From: Parvibaculaceae bacterium
GTDB lineage: Bacteria; Pseudomonadota; Alphaproteobacteria; RS24; CBDDDD01
DNA: 64,000 nucleotides
Direction: 5' to 3'
NCBI GenBank assembly: GCA_965226465.1
Contig: OZ245362.1
Coordinates: forward strand, 769,931-833,930
Every line of letters begins with the position of its first letter. The first letter of the stretch is position 1. The position numbers and the translations under genes were made by a program. The notes under the pieces were generated by a model that worked only from the letters and a program-made list of their open reading frames with translations, did no database searches and was not told the origin of the DNA. Shown here piece by piece: positions 9,397 to 19,160 of this stretch.

Positions 9397-10456
9397 CTTG
9401 GAAAAAGAGATAGAGCGCGAGGGAAGCATTTCGCTCACACATTTTATGGCGGCAAGCAATGCAGCCTATTATGGCAAAAGCGATGTATTAGGGAAAAAAG
9501 GCGATTTCATAACCGCCCCCGAAATAAGCCAGATATTCGGTGAGCTTATCGGGCTTTGGATAATGGCAAGCTGGCAAGAGCAAAAGGGCGGCAAGCTCAT
9601 CTTGGCGGAAGCAGGCGGCGGCAGAGGCACCCTGCTCGCAGATGCCCTCCGTGCCGCCAAAATTATGCCCGACTTCCTAGCCCAAGCCGAGCTACACTTG
9701 CTGGAGCAAAGCCCAATAATGCGCAACCTACAAAAAGAGCAATTAGCAGGTTTCTCCCCCCATTGGCACAATGACATAGAAGAACTTCTCAAAGCCGCAC
9801 AAAACAAACCCCTTTTTATCATCGCCAATGAGTTCCTAGACGCGCTTCCCATTCAGCAATATATCTATACAAAAAATAACTGGCAGGAGCGCCGCATTGG
9901 CAAAAAAGAGCAAGCCTTTTGCTTTGTACAAGGCAAGAAATGCACCTCACCCCTGCCACCCCATTTTCATAAAAAACCAAAAGAGGGCGATATTTTTGAA
10001 ACCTGCCCACAAGCAAAAGCCCACATAGAAAAACTTTCCCAATATATTACCCAAAATGGCGGCGGCGGACTTTTTATAGATTATGGCAGCAAAAAAACCG
10101 ACTATGGCGACAGCCTGCAAGCCGTACAATCACACCAATATTTTCCTTTGAACGAAAAAGCACAAATAAAAATGGGCGAGGCAGATTTAACCGCCCATAT
10201 AGATTTTGAAACCCTCTCTCATATCGCCAAGCAAAACGGCGCAAAGGTCTATGGTCCCATAGAGCAGGGATATTTTTTGACCGCACTTGGCATAAAAGAG
10301 CGCACCGCAACCCTTTGCACCCATGCCGATAAGGCACAAGCCACCCTCCTCCAAAGCGGCACCAAAAGGCTCATTGGAGAAGCAGAAATGGGCACGATGT
10401 TCAAAGCATTTGCCCTCTTGCCGCCCCATGCCCCAACCCCACAAGGATTTTTCTAA
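9389..10456 (+). CDS. class I SAM-dependent methyltransferase, MidA/NDUFAF7 (DUF185) family
   Basis: Start was moved to ATG 9389, which overlaps the lgt stop. Sequence GDFITAPEISQIFGELIGLW...LAEAGGGRGTLLAD is typical of MidA-like proteins. Confidence 0.8.
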   Translation: MDSLEKEIEREGSISLTHFMAASNAAYYGKSDVLGKKGDFITAPEISQIFGELIGLWIMASWQEQKGGKLILAEAGGGRGTLLADALRAAKIMPDFLAQAELHLLEQSPIMRNLQKEQLAGFSPHWHNDIEELLKAAQNKPLFIIANEFLDALPIQQYIYTKNNWQERRIGKKEQAFCFVQGKKCTSPLPPHFHKKPKEGDIFETCPQAKAHIEKLSQYITQNGGGGLFIDYGSKKTDYGDSLQAVQSHQYFPLNEKAQIKMGEADLTAHIDFETLSHIAKQNGAKVYGPIEQGYFLTALGIKERTATLCTHADKAQATLLQSGTKRLIGEAEMGTMFKAFALLPPHAPTPQGFF

Positions 10457-11221
10457 ATGGCAAACCCTACCCTCCACCCTTTGCTTGCGCCCAATATCAA
10501 AGCAAAACATGGCTTTTTCACCCGCAAAGGAGGCGTAAGCAAAGGGCTATATGAAAGCCTTAATTGCGGACTTGGCTCAAAAGATAAAAAATCCGATGTA
10601 GAAAAAAACCGAAGCCTTGTGCAAACCCATTTAGGAGCGCAAAAGCTCCTCACCTGCCACCAGCACCACAGCAAAGATATCTGGCACATTAAAAATATGG
10701 AGGATATCGGCAACAAACCCAAAAAAGCAGACGGCATGATAACCCAGCTTACAGGGCTTGCCCTTGGGGTCCTAACCGCAGATTGCGCCCCCCTTTTCAT
10801 GCATGATGCCGCCAGCCAAACCATTGCCGCCCTTCACTCAGGATGGCGCGGAAGCCTTGCGGGCATTGGCGAAGAGGGCTTGGATATGATGGAAAAGCTC
10901 GGAGCAAAAAGAGAAAACATCGCCATTGCCATTGGTCCGAGCATAAGCCAAAAAGCCTATGAAACAAGCGAGGAGATAAGGGAGCAATTTCTCAACAAAG
11001 ATAAAGACGCTCATTTCTTTTTTACAAAAAGCAGAAAGGGGCATTATTTCTTTGCCCTCGCCCCCTATATCGCCTCCCGCCTTGAGCGGGCAGGCGCAAC
11101 CACCCCCTATATTGTGCCGGCATGTAGCACGGATGAAGAATGGTTTTTTTCATGGCGGCGTGAAAGCAGCAGAGGTTTTTCAGATTATGGGCGACAAATA
11201 TCTGCGCTTTGTTTGACATAG
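10457..11221 (+). CDS. pgeF: peptidoglycan editing factor PgeF / YfiH (DUF152 laccase-domain) protein
   Basis: 254 aa with HGFFTRKGGVS..., ADGMIT...LGVLTADCAPL, ALHSGWRG and SWRRE motifs. Confidence 0.9.
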   Translation: MANPTLHPLLAPNIKAKHGFFTRKGGVSKGLYESLNCGLGSKDKKSDVEKNRSLVQTHLGAQKLLTCHQHHSKDIWHIKNMEDIGNKPKKADGMITQLTGLALGVLTADCAPLFMHDAASQTIAALHSGWRGSLAGIGEEGLDMMEKLGAKRENIAIAIGPSISQKAYETSEEIREQFLNKDKDAHFFFTKSRKGHYFFALAPYIASRLERAGATTPYIVPACSTDEEWFFSWRRESSRGFSDYGRQISALCLT

Positions 11222-11240
11222 CTTGACATAGTTTGACATA
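11211..11240 (+). repeat. three tandem 10-bp repeats G(T/C)TTGACATA, each containing a TTGACA hexamer
   Basis: gtttgacata gcttgacata gtttgacata read directly. The first copy spans the pgeF stop codon and the array lies about 45 nt upstream of prs. Confidence 0.9.
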
Positions 11241-11289
11241 AACAAGCATGGTTTGCTAGAAGAGAGCAAAGCGAGAGGAAGGCGTGAAT

Positions 11290-12222
11290 ATGAAACTTAT
11301 TGCAGGAAACAGTAATTTACCGCTTGCGGAGGAGATTGCCAAAACGCTCACCCTTAGCTTGACCAAGTCGGTGGTGAAGCGTTTTGCCGATGGCGAGATT
11401 TTTGTAGAAGTCTTAGAAAATGTTCGCGGCGAAGATATGTTTGTTCTCCAGTCTACCTCCTACCCCGCCAATGATTATTTCATGGAATTGCTTATTTTAA
11501 TTGATGCGCTAAAGCGTGCCTCAGCCCGCCGCATCACGGCGGTTTTGCCCTATTTCGGCTATGCCCGCCAAGACAGAAAAGTAGGACCCCGCACGCCCAT
11601 TTCGGCAAAGCTCGTTGCCAATTTAATCCAGCAAGCAGGTGCCGACAGAGTATTAACGATAGATTTGCACGCGGGACAGATTCAGGGATTTTTTGACATT
11701 CCCACCGATAATTTATTTGCCGCCCCCGTATTTGTTGACCATATAGAGAAGAAGTTTGCGGGCAAAAAGCCGATTATTGTCTCCCCCGATATTGGCGGCG
11801 TTGTGCGAGCCCGTAGCTTGGCAAACCGCATAGAGGCGAGCCTTGCCATTATTGATAAGCGCCGTGAAAAGGCAGGCGAGAGCGAGGTCATGAATATTAT
11901 TGGCGATGTATCAAAACGCCCCTGCATCATGATTGACGATATTGTTGATAGTGCGGGCACCCTATGCAATGCGGCAAGTGCGCTTTTGGAAAAGGGCGCA
12001 AGCGAGGTATATGCCTATGTCAGCCATGGCGTGCTATCCAATGGCGCCCATAAGCGCGTAGAGGCATCCGATTTAACTGGCATGGTCATGACCAATTCCA
12101 TATTGGCGAAAAGCGATGTGGCAAAGAGCAAGAAGCTGGAGATTTTGAGCATAGCGCCCCTTTTGGGCGATGCGATATCGCGCATTAGCGATGAGCGTTC
12201 AGTATCCAGCCTGTTTGATTAA
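11290..12222 (+). CDS. prs: ribose-phosphate pyrophosphokinase
   Basis: Sequence begins [17 protein letters not shown]..., carries the PRPP-binding loop ([11 protein letters not shown]) and [13 protein letters not shown] 11290 is preferred over GTG 11284 because of the GAGAGGAAGG spacing. Confidence 0.95.
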   Translation: MKLIAGNSNLPLAEEIAKTLTLSLTKSVVKRFADGEIFVEVLENVRGEDMFVLQSTSYPANDYFMELLILIDALKRASARRITAVLPYFGYARQDRKVGPRTPISAKLVANLIQQAGADRVLTIDLHAGQIQGFFDIPTDNLFAAPVFVDHIEKKFAGKKPIIVSPDIGGVVRARSLANRIEASLAIIDKRREKAGESEVMNIIGDVSKRPCIMIDDIVDSAGTLCNAASALLEKGASEVYAYVSHGVLSNGAHKRVEASDLTGMVMTNSILAKSDVAKSKKLEILSIAPLLGDAISRISDERSVSSLFD

Positions 12223-12291
12223 AAACAAGCCTTGCCGTTTTCGCTTATCTGCTCTATAACCTCGCAAATATTTTAGCTATGGAGGGTTCCT

Positions 12292-13014
12292 ATGGCAGAC
12301 ATATTTAATCTTACGGCAAATGCGCGCTCTCCCATGCGGCAAGGTGCGATGCGCACGCTTAGAGGGCAGGGTTTTGTGCCTGCTATTATTTATGGTGACG
12401 GCAAAGACCCCCTATCCATCACCATAGAAGAAAAGCCAACCATTAAGCTTTACAATACAGGCAAGTTTTTAAGCACGCTCGTTCATTTAGAGCTGGAAGG
12501 CACTGAAGGCGAGCGGGTAATCGCCCGTGATGTTCAGCTTCACCCCATTACGGATAAGATTTTGCATATTGACTTTCTCCGCTTAGGCAAAGGAGCACGG
12601 ATTAATGTTGAAGTTCCCGTCCAGTTCATAAATGAGGAAGAATCACCCGGTCTAAAAGGCGGCTGTGTCATGAATATTGTCCGCCACACCATAGAGCTTT
12701 CCTGCCCGGCAGGAGCGATACCCGACCGGATTGAAATTGACCTTACCGGTCTTGAGGTTGGCGATAGCATCCACATATCGGGCATTACCCTGCCAGAAGG
12801 CACAACGCCCACCATTGCCGATAGAGACTTTACCATTGTTACGATTGTAGCCCCCGCCGCCGTCATCAGCGAGGAAGCCGCCGAGGATGAAGAAGAAGTT
12901 GAAGGCGAAGAAGGAGCCGAAGGCACAGAAGCAAGCACCGAAGCAGAGGGCGACGCCAAGCCTGAAGATAAAGACGGCAAAGGTGATAAAGGTGATAAGG
13001 GCGAAGATAGCTAA
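12292..13014 (+). CDS. rplY: 50S ribosomal protein L25/general stress protein Ctc, with acidic/Lys-rich C-terminal tail
   Basis: 240 aa with an N-terminal L25 domain (GFVPAIIYG...) and a low-complexity tail (EEAAEDEEEVEGEEGAEG...GKGDKGDKGEDS). Confidence 0.9.
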   Translation: MADIFNLTANARSPMRQGAMRTLRGQGFVPAIIYGDGKDPLSITIEEKPTIKLYNTGKFLSTLVHLELEGTEGERVIARDVQLHPITDKILHIDFLRLGKGARINVEVPVQFINEEESPGLKGGCVMNIVRHTIELSCPAGAIPDRIEIDLTGLEVGDSIHISGITLPEGTTPTIADRDFTIVTIVAPAAVISEEAAEDEEEVEGEEGAEGTEASTEAEGDAKPEDKDGKGDKGDKGEDS

Positions 13015-13045
13015 GTTTTTTCTGTTTTCGCAAAGGAGGTCACCC

Positions 13046-13627
13046 TTGCTCCTCATTACTGGTCTTGGAAATCCTGAAAGCGATCATGCTAATAACCGCC
13101 ATAATATAGGCTTTATGGCGATAGACGCCATTGCCAAAAAATATGGCGCCTCCTTTAAAAAAAACTTTGGCGGATTAGCCGCCCAAGCAACGATAGCGGG
13201 CAAAAAATGCCTGCTATTAAAACCCCAAACCTTCATGAACGAGTCAGGAAGAAGCATCATTGAAGCCGTTTCTTTCTATAAAATTCCCCCAGAAAATGTA
13301 ATTATCTTCCATGACGAGCTGGATTTAGCAGCAGGCAAATTACGAATGAAACAAGGCGGCGGACATGCAGGACATAATGGGGTGCGCTCCGCCATAAACC
13401 ATATAGGCGACAATTTCCACCGAGCAAGACTTGGCATTGGACACCCCGGACAAAGCAAGGATGTACATGGATATGTGCTAAGCGATTTCAGCAAAAAAGA
13501 TAAAGACTGGCTTGTACCCTTTTTAGACGCATTGGCAGGGGAGGTGGAAATGCTGGTAGAGGGCAAAAATGCCGCCTATCAAACCCGCATCGCCCATCTC
13601 TGCCCCGTTCAAGAAAGCAAACCATAA
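13046..13627 (+). CDS. pth: aminoacyl-tRNA hydrolase
   Basis: TTG 13046 lies 7 nt after AAGGAGG (13033-13039). The product LLLITGLGNPESDHANNRHNIGFMAID... is a canonical Pth N-terminus. The track's upstream extension runs over the rplY tail. Confidence 0.9.
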   Translation: MLLITGLGNPESDHANNRHNIGFMAIDAIAKKYGASFKKNFGGLAAQATIAGKKCLLLKPQTFMNESGRSIIEAVSFYKIPPENVIIFHDELDLAAGKLRMKQGGGHAGHNGVRSAINHIGDNFHRARLGIGHPGQSKDVHGYVLSDFSKKDKDWLVPFLDALAGEVEMLVEGKNAAYQTRIAHLCPVQESKP

Positions 13628-14721
13628 TGGGATTTCGCTGTGGCATTATCGGTCTTCCCAATATAGGCAAAAGCACGCTTTTCAATGCGCTCACCCGCAC
13701 GGCAAGCGCCCAAGCCGCCAATTACCCCTTTTGCACGATTGAGCCGAATATAGGCGAGGTAGATGTTCCCGACCCTCGCTTATGGGAGATTGCCAAAATT
13801 GCCCAAAGCAAGGAGACCATCCCGACAAGGCTAAGCTTTGTAGATATCGCTGGTCTTGTAAAAGGTGCCAGCAAAGGCGAGGGCTTGGGCAATCAGTTTC
13901 TTGCCCATATTCGCGAGGTTGATGCCCTCGCCCATGTTTTGCGATGCTTTGAGGATGGCGAAGTAAGCCATGTGGAAAACAGAATAGACCCGCTTTCCGA
14001 TGCGGGCATTGTTGAAACCGAGCTTATGCTGGCGGATTTGGAAAGTCTGGAAAAAAGGGTAGAAAATTTACACAAAAAAGCCGCACAAAAAGACAAGCAA
14101 GCAATGGAAGATTTGGAGCTGGTAGAAGCAGCACTGAAAGTATTGCAAGAGGGAAAACCCGCCCGCACAGCAGAGATAGCCGATAATAAAAAAGACAGCT
14201 TCCAAAAACTGGGACTACTTACCGCAAAGCCGCTCCTCTATGTCTGCAATGTAACTGAGGGCGATATAAAAGGCAACGCCCATTGCGAGGCAATCTCCGA
14301 ATATGCCCAAAAGCAAAACTGCAAAAGCATTATCATCTCCGCCCGCATTGAAGAAGAACTATCACAATTAGAGACAGCAGAGTGCAATGAATATTTAGCC
14401 GAACTTGGCATGAAACAATCAGGCTTAGACAGAATGATACATGCAGGCTATGAGCTATTAGACCTCATCACCTTCTTCACCGCCGGTCCCAAAGAAGCAC
14501 GCGCCTGGACAATACGCCGCAACACCCCCGCCCCCAAAGCCGCCGGCGTAATCCACACCGATTTTGAAAAAGGCTTCATCCGCGCCGAAACCATAAGCTA
14601 CCAAGACTACACCACCCACAAAGGCGAAACCCCCGCCAAAGAAGCCGGCAAACTAAGACTAGAAGGCAAAGAATACACCATCCAAAACGGCGACATCCTC
14701 CACTTCAGATTTGCCACCTAA
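13627..14721 (+). CDS. ychF: redox-regulated ATPase YchF
   Basis: 364 aa with the G1 motif GIIGLPNIGKSTLFNALT and the C-terminal TGS-like segment (AWTIRRNTPAPKAAGVIHTDFEKGFIRAE). Confidence 0.95.
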   Translation: MGFRCGIIGLPNIGKSTLFNALTRTASAQAANYPFCTIEPNIGEVDVPDPRLWEIAKIAQSKETIPTRLSFVDIAGLVKGASKGEGLGNQFLAHIREVDALAHVLRCFEDGEVSHVENRIDPLSDAGIVETELMLADLESLEKRVENLHKKAAQKDKQAMEDLELVEAALKVLQEGKPARTAEIADNKKDSFQKLGLLTAKPLLYVCNVTEGDIKGNAHCEAISEYAQKQNCKSIIISARIEEELSQLETAECNEYLAELGMKQSGLDRMIHAGYELLDLITFFTAGPKEARAWTIRRNTPAPKAAGVIHTDFEKGFIRAETISYQDYTTHKGETPAKEAGKLRLEGKEYTIQNGDILHFRFAT

Positions 14722-14778
14722 CCAGCTAACGTATTGATAATAAAGGGTTTAAAAAAGTTATACTCCCTATTTACATTT

Positions 14779-14799
14779 AATGTATCATTATGATACATT
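14779..14799. promoter_or_regulatory. perfect 9-3-9 inverted repeat AATGTATCA-TTA-TGATACATT, a candidate operator
   Basis: Read directly. It lies 35 nt upstream of the DUF4258 gene start, in the only non-coding stretch of the islet. Confidence 0.6.
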
Positions 14800-14833
14800 G
14801 AGGGCAGTAATAATTTCGGTTCAGGCATAAGAA

Positions 14834-15172
14834 ATGAAAAAGCAAAGTGATAAGCAGCCGTGGAATCCTAGAAAAGCAACCGAAGAAATTAGGAAGGTAG
14901 CAAAAAATGAGCGGTTAGATTTATGTTATACAAATCACGCAAGAGACCGTTTAGAAGAAAGAGGAATTGTTACACGTGATATTTTATACTTACTTCAAAA
15001 TGGCTTTATTCATAAGGAAGCAAAAAAGACAACAAGGAGAAACTGTTTTAAATATACAATAGAAGGAAAAACACCAAATTCTAATAATAGAACTCTTGTC
15101 GCAGTTGTGATTCCTAAAAGACGTTCTCCTTTTATTAAAATTATCACCATAATGTGGAAGGATAAAAAATAG
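14834..15172 (+). CDS. DUF4258 domain protein (putative toxin of a type II TA pair)
   Basis: 112 aa. The core YTNHARDRLEERGIVTRDILYLLQNG matches the DUF4258 pattern (H-A-x-x-R-x-x-x-R-G-I). A 9-nt gap separates it from the following HTH gene. Confidence 0.65.
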   Translation: MKKQSDKQPWNPRKATEEIRKVAKNERLDLCYTNHARDRLEERGIVTRDILYLLQNGFIHKEAKKTTRRNCFKYTIEGKTPNSNNRTLVAVVIPKRRSPFIKIITIMWKDKK

Positions 15173-15181
15173 GGTAAAAAA

Positions 15182-15643
15182 ATGAAAAAAGATTTTAAAA
15201 AATATCAATATACAGAATGCGGGCTAGATAATGTATTCCTTCATGGTCTTGATGTTGTCACTGACGATGCGGGTCAAAAAGTTATTACAATTCCTAATAT
15301 ATTGGGATTACATAAAGCCATATCCGAAGTCATTATTCTGCAAAACAAAAGCATATCTGGAAAAGAATTACGGTTTTTGCGTACAGAAATGGGCATGACA
15401 CAGACTGAGTTAGGAGAATTAGTACACCGTGAAAGACTTACCATTGGAAGATGGGAAAGTGGAGAATGCTCTATTGAGAGTGCTGCAGAAGTAGTTATTC
15501 GTAAGCTTGTTGCAGAAAAGCTAAATCTTGACGAGTCTATAGAGACAATAAGCAGATATTGTATAGACCGTGCAGATAGCGAACCCATTCGCATTGATGG
15601 TTCAAATCCTAAGAATTACAAGGCACTACAACCTGCAGCTTAA
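15182..15643 (+). CDS. XRE-family HTH protein, MqsA-like putative antitoxin with degenerate N-terminal zinc-ribbon
   Basis: 153 aa. The HTH region is SGKELRFLRTEMGMTQTELGELVHRERLTIGRWESGE. The N-terminal YTECGLDNVFLHG...IPNILGLHKAI resembles the MqsA/YgiT N-domain but lacks the second Cys pair. Confidence 0.65.
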   Translation: MKKDFKKYQYTECGLDNVFLHGLDVVTDDAGQKVITIPNILGLHKAISEVIILQNKSISGKELRFLRTEMGMTQTELGELVHRERLTIGRWESGECSIESAAEVVIRKLVAEKLNLDESIETISRYCIDRADSEPIRIDGSNPKNYKALQPAA

Positions 15644-16410
15644 TCAGGCTTATTGCGCCACATTCTTTTCATGGAAAGATAAAACAGCCCCGCAAGCAGG
15701 GTCAGATAAATAATGACCATAAAGCCCAGCCGTTTTCGGGCTTCCATTTCAGGCTCTGCCGCCCAGGCAAAAAAGGTGACGACATCAGAAGCCATCTGCT
15801 TGACGCTCGCCTTTGTTCCATCGCCATATTCCACCAGCCCGTCCGAGAGCGGCGGTGTCATGGCGATAGCGTTGCCGGAATAATAGCGGTTATAGCTCAT
15901 GCCCTCATCCATCTCCATAGTTGCGGGCGCCTCAACATAGCCGACCAATAGCGAATAAATATAATCTGCCCCCCCTGCCCTTGCCTTTGTGATGAGGGAG
16001 AGGTCGGGCGGATACGCACCGCCATTGGAGGCACGTGCCGCCTTTTCATTGGGAAAGGGGCTTGGAAATTTATCACGCGGCAAGGCGGTGCGTGTGAACA
16101 TGTCGCCGGCTTCATCGGGACCATCCTCAACCTCAAACTCGGCGGCAATGGCTTTCACTTGTGCGGGCGTAAAATGCGGACCGCCCTCATCACCCAAATT
16201 GCGAAAGGAAATTTGTTTCATCGCATGACAAGCAGCACATACTTCCTTATAAACCTGATAACCCCGCCGCAACGCATTGCGGTCAAATGTCCCAAAAATA
16301 CCCGAAAAAGACCAATGCGGAATATTTTTCGCCATAGCCGCCTTATCACCAGCAGCATTGGCGGCAGAAACAGAAAGCGTCAAAACAAGAACAAGACATA
16401 TATTCCTCAT
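15640..16410 (-). CDS. petC: cytochrome c1
   Basis: 256 aa with a signal peptide, heme motif CAACHAM and a C-terminal TM anchor. It is the last gene of petABC. Confidence 0.9.
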   Translation of the reverse strand: MRNICLVLVLTLSVSAANAAGDKAAMAKNIPHWSFSGIFGTFDRNALRRGYQVYKEVCAACHAMKQISFRNLGDEGGPHFTPAQVKAIAAEFEVEDGPDEAGDMFTRTALPRDKFPSPFPNEKAARASNGGAYPPDLSLITKARAGGADYIYSLLVGYVEAPATMEMDEGMSYNRYYSGNAIAMTPPLSDGLVEYGDGTKASVKQMASDVVTFFAWAAEPEMEARKRLGFMVIIYLTLLAGLFYLSMKRMWRNKPD

Positions 16411-17648
16411 GGCTTGGCTTTCTCCCTTTCATTTTTCAACACAGAATCGGAGATACTTTTTGGCAAAGTGAGCGGTGTTTCATATTTGCTGAGCAGAGGC
16501 AGAATGACGAAGAAATGAGCGAAATAATAAACCGTGCAAATGCGCGCAAGCAGAATATAAATGCCCTCAGCAGGCTTTGCCCCCAAATATCCAAGAAACA
16601 GGCAGACGGCAACAAAGATCCAGAAAAACTGCTTATAAAGCGGACGAAAGCGCGCCGAGCGCGTCTTACAACTATCCAACCAAGGCAGCAAAAACATAAC
16701 GAATAAAGCTCCAAACATCGCAATCACCCCGCCAAGCTTATCAGGTATAGCGCGCAGAATTGCGTAAAAGGGGAGCAGATACCACTCAGGAACAATATGA
16801 GCAGGGGTAGATAGAGGATTGGCAGGAATATAATTATCCGAATGCCCAAGCACATTGGGCATAAAAAATACAAAAGCGGCAAAAAGAATAAGAAAGAGAC
16901 AAAGAGCAAAGCCATCCTTCAGCGTATAATAGGGGTGAAAGGGAATAGTATCCTTATTGCTTTTAATATTCACACCGGCAGGATTATTATTTCCGGGCAC
17001 ATGCAACGCCCAAATATGCAGCACCACCACGCCGAAAATAATAAAGGGCAGCAGATAATGGAGGCTGAAAAAGCGCGTCAGCGTCGCCCCACCAACCGCA
17101 TATCCGCCCCACATCCATTGCGTGACCGCCTCGCCGATAAAAGGAATGGCACTGAAAAGATTGGTAATCACCGTCGCCCCCCAAAAGCTCATCTGCCCCC
17201 AAGGCAGCACATATCCCATAAATCCGGTCGCCATCATCAGGATATAAATAATGACCCCCAATATCCATAAGACCTCGCGCGGCTCCTTATAGGAGCCATA
17301 ATACAGCCCACGGAAAATATGAATATAGGTGGCAAGAAAAAACATAGACGCACCATTGGAGTGGATATATCGCATAAGCCACCCATAATTTACATCACGC
17401 ATAATATGCTCAACGCTATCAAAGGCAAGGCGCGTATCGGGGATATAATGCATCGCCAGCACAATGCCGGTAAGGATCTGCGTGATAAGGCAAAAGGTCA
17501 GAATACCGCCAAAGGTCCACCAATAATTGAGATTTTTCGGTGTCGGATATTCAATAAAACTATCATGCGCCATTCTCATAATGGGCAGCCTCACATCCAT
17601 CCATTTTGAGAAGCGGCTTTTGGGTTTATAGGAGCTTATATGTTTCAT
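16407..17648 (-). CDS. petB: cytochrome b
   Basis: 413 aa. Sequence [12 protein letters not shown]..., HSNGASMFF..., [13 protein letters not shown] is a classical cytochrome b. Confidence 0.95.
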   Translation of the reverse strand: MKHISSYKPKSRFSKWMDVRLPIMRMAHDSFIEYPTPKNLNYWWTFGGILTFCLITQILTGIVLAMHYIPDTRLAFDSVEHIMRDVNYGWLMRYIHSNGASMFFLATYIHIFRGLYYGSYKEPREVLWILGVIIYILMMATGFMGYVLPWGQMSFWGATVITNLFSAIPFIGEAVTQWMWGGYAVGGATLTRFFSLHYLLPFIIFGVVVLHIWALHVPGNNNPAGVNIKSNKDTIPFHPYYTLKDGFALCLFLILFAAFVFFMPNVLGHSDNYIPANPLSTPAHIVPEWYLLPFYAILRAIPDKLGGVIAMFGALFVMFLLPWLDSCKTRSARFRPLYKQFFWIFVAVCLFLGYLGAKPAEGIYILLARICTVYYFAHFFVILPLLSKYETPLTLPKSISDSVLKNEREKAKP

Positions 17649-17650
17649 GA

Positions 17651-18172
17651 TTAACCTATTTTGACACGGGTTTCGTTGAGAAACACATATTCGGGAACAC
17701 TGAGATTTTTGGGAGCGGGACCCTTTCGGATACGCCCAGAAGTATCATAATGCGAGCCATGGCAAGGGCAGAACCATCCGTCATATTCACCCGCCTCCCC
17801 CAAAGGCACACAACCAAGATGAGTACAAATACCAACCATAATGAGCCATTCGGGCTTTTGCACCCTCGCCTCATCACTTTCAGGGTCGGGCAGGTCTGCA
17901 ATGGTTACATTTTCCGCTTCCTGAATTTCTTTAGCGGTACGATGCCTTATGAACACAGGCTTCCCCCTCCATGTAACGGTAATACTTTGCCCCGGCTCAA
18001 TATCCCCAATGGAAACTTCCGTAGAGGCAAGTGCCAAAACCGAAGCGTCAGGATTCATCTGGTCTACCAACGGCCAAAGCACCGAGCCGACACCGATTGC
18101 AGCAACGCTTCCCGTTGCCAGATATAAAAAGTCTCGCCTGGTTGTTTCCTTTTTGGATATTTTACTACTCAT
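17651..18172 (-). CDS. petA: ubiquinol-cytochrome c reductase Rieske iron-sulfur subunit
   Basis: 173 aa with a Tat-like N-terminus (TRRDFLY) and Rieske boxes CTHLGC and CPCHGSHY. Confidence 0.95.
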   Translation of the reverse strand: MSSKISKKETTRRDFLYLATGSVAAIGVGSVLWPLVDQMNPDASVLALASTEVSIGDIEPGQSITVTWRGKPVFIRHRTAKEIQEAENVTIADLPDPESDEARVQKPEWLIMVGICTHLGCVPLGEAGEYDGWFCPCHGSHYDTSGRIRKGPAPKNLSVPEYVFLNETRVKIG

Positions 18173-18295
18173 ATATTTTTCTTATCGGTTTCTCTAACTG
18201 ATTCCAGTCTGTGCTTTTTATTTGATAGCAAAATTTTCGCATAGAAACATCAAAAATTTCTATTTTTCTACCAGATTAGAGCTTATAACGAGGCT

Positions 18296-19156
18296 ATGGG
18301 CGATAAAGAAAATTCAAAATATAGTGATTGGCAGGCGGGAAAAGAAAAGGCAAGCCTTTGGTTTCAAGCCTTGCGAGATGAAATATGCGAGGCAATTTCT
18401 GCCTTTGAGGCGGAGGATATCCACTTTTCCCGCAAAAAATGGCAAAGAGAAAAAAATGGCGGCGGCGGCGAAATATCCCTTTTGAACGGCGAAGTTTTTG
18501 AAAAAGCAGGCGTAAATATTTCCACCGTATATGGCGAGCTTTCGGAAGATTTTGCCGCCCACATTCCAGGCACCGAGCAGGATAGAAACTTCTGGGCAAG
18601 CGGAATATCGGTGATTATCCACCCCCGCAACCCCCATATCCCCATTGTACATATGAACACAAGGCTCATCATAACGGGCAAAGCATGGTTTGGGGGCGGT
18701 GCCGATTTAACACCCCATTTGAGCAAAGCAAGAAACCCCGAGCATGAGGATGCCAAAGCCTTTCATAAGGCGATGGAGCGGGCATGTGCCAAATATGACT
18801 TTATTGATTATGAGCATTTGAAAAAATGGTGCGACCGCTATTTTTACCTCCCCCACCGCAATGAGCCAAGGGGCATTGGCGGAATTTTTTACGATAATAT
18901 GGATGATGATTTTGAAGCCTGTTTTGCTTTCAGCAAGGATGTCGGCAAAGCTTTTTTAGAGGTGTATCCACAAATTGTCGCCCGCAGAAAAGACACGCCC
19001 TATGGCGAGGCAGAACGAAACATGCAGCTAAAACAAAGAGGACGCTATATAGAGTTCAACCTTCTCCACGATAGAGGCACCCTATTCGGCTTAAAAACAG
19101 GCGGCAATATAGAGGCGATATTTTCCTCGCTCCCCCCTCTAGCAAGCTGGGAATGA
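18296..19156 (+). CDS. hemF: oxygen-dependent coproporphyrinogen III oxidase
   Basis: 286 aa with HPRNPHIPIVHMNTR, WFGGGADLTP, LPHRNEPRGIGGIFYD and RGRYIEFNLLHDRGT motifs. Confidence 0.95.
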   Translation: MGDKENSKYSDWQAGKEKASLWFQALRDEICEAISAFEAEDIHFSRKKWQREKNGGGGEISLLNGEVFEKAGVNISTVYGELSEDFAAHIPGTEQDRNFWASGISVIIHPRNPHIPIVHMNTRLIITGKAWFGGGADLTPHLSKARNPEHEDAKAFHKAMERACAKYDFIDYEHLKKWCDRYFYLPHRNEPRGIGGIFYDNMDDDFEACFAFSKDVGKAFLEVYPQIVARRKDTPYGEAERNMQLKQRGRYIEFNLLHDRGTLFGLKTGGNIEAIFSSLPPLASWE

Positions 19157-19160
19157 CCCC

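Larger units (their letters stand above)
14722..15643. other. AT-rich two-gene islet inserted between ychF and petC
   Basis: Hand counts of single 60-nt lines give about 30% GC at 14941-15000, against about 57% at 14521-14580 in ychF. The islet is bounded exactly by the stop codons of ychF and petC. Confidence 0.7.

Noticed and set aside
12887-13045. Lys-rich N-terminal extension of the pth ORF (MKKKLKAKKEPKAQK...)
   Set aside because: It is the +1 frame of the GAA/GAG-rich acidic tail of rplY. A TTG start with a perfect AAGGAGG site at 13046 gives a canonical Pth N-terminus.
18173-18295. FNR/FixK-type box (TTGATAGCAAAATT) between petA and hemF
   Set aside because: Only one half-site matches TTGA-N6-TCAA, so there is no support for a real site.
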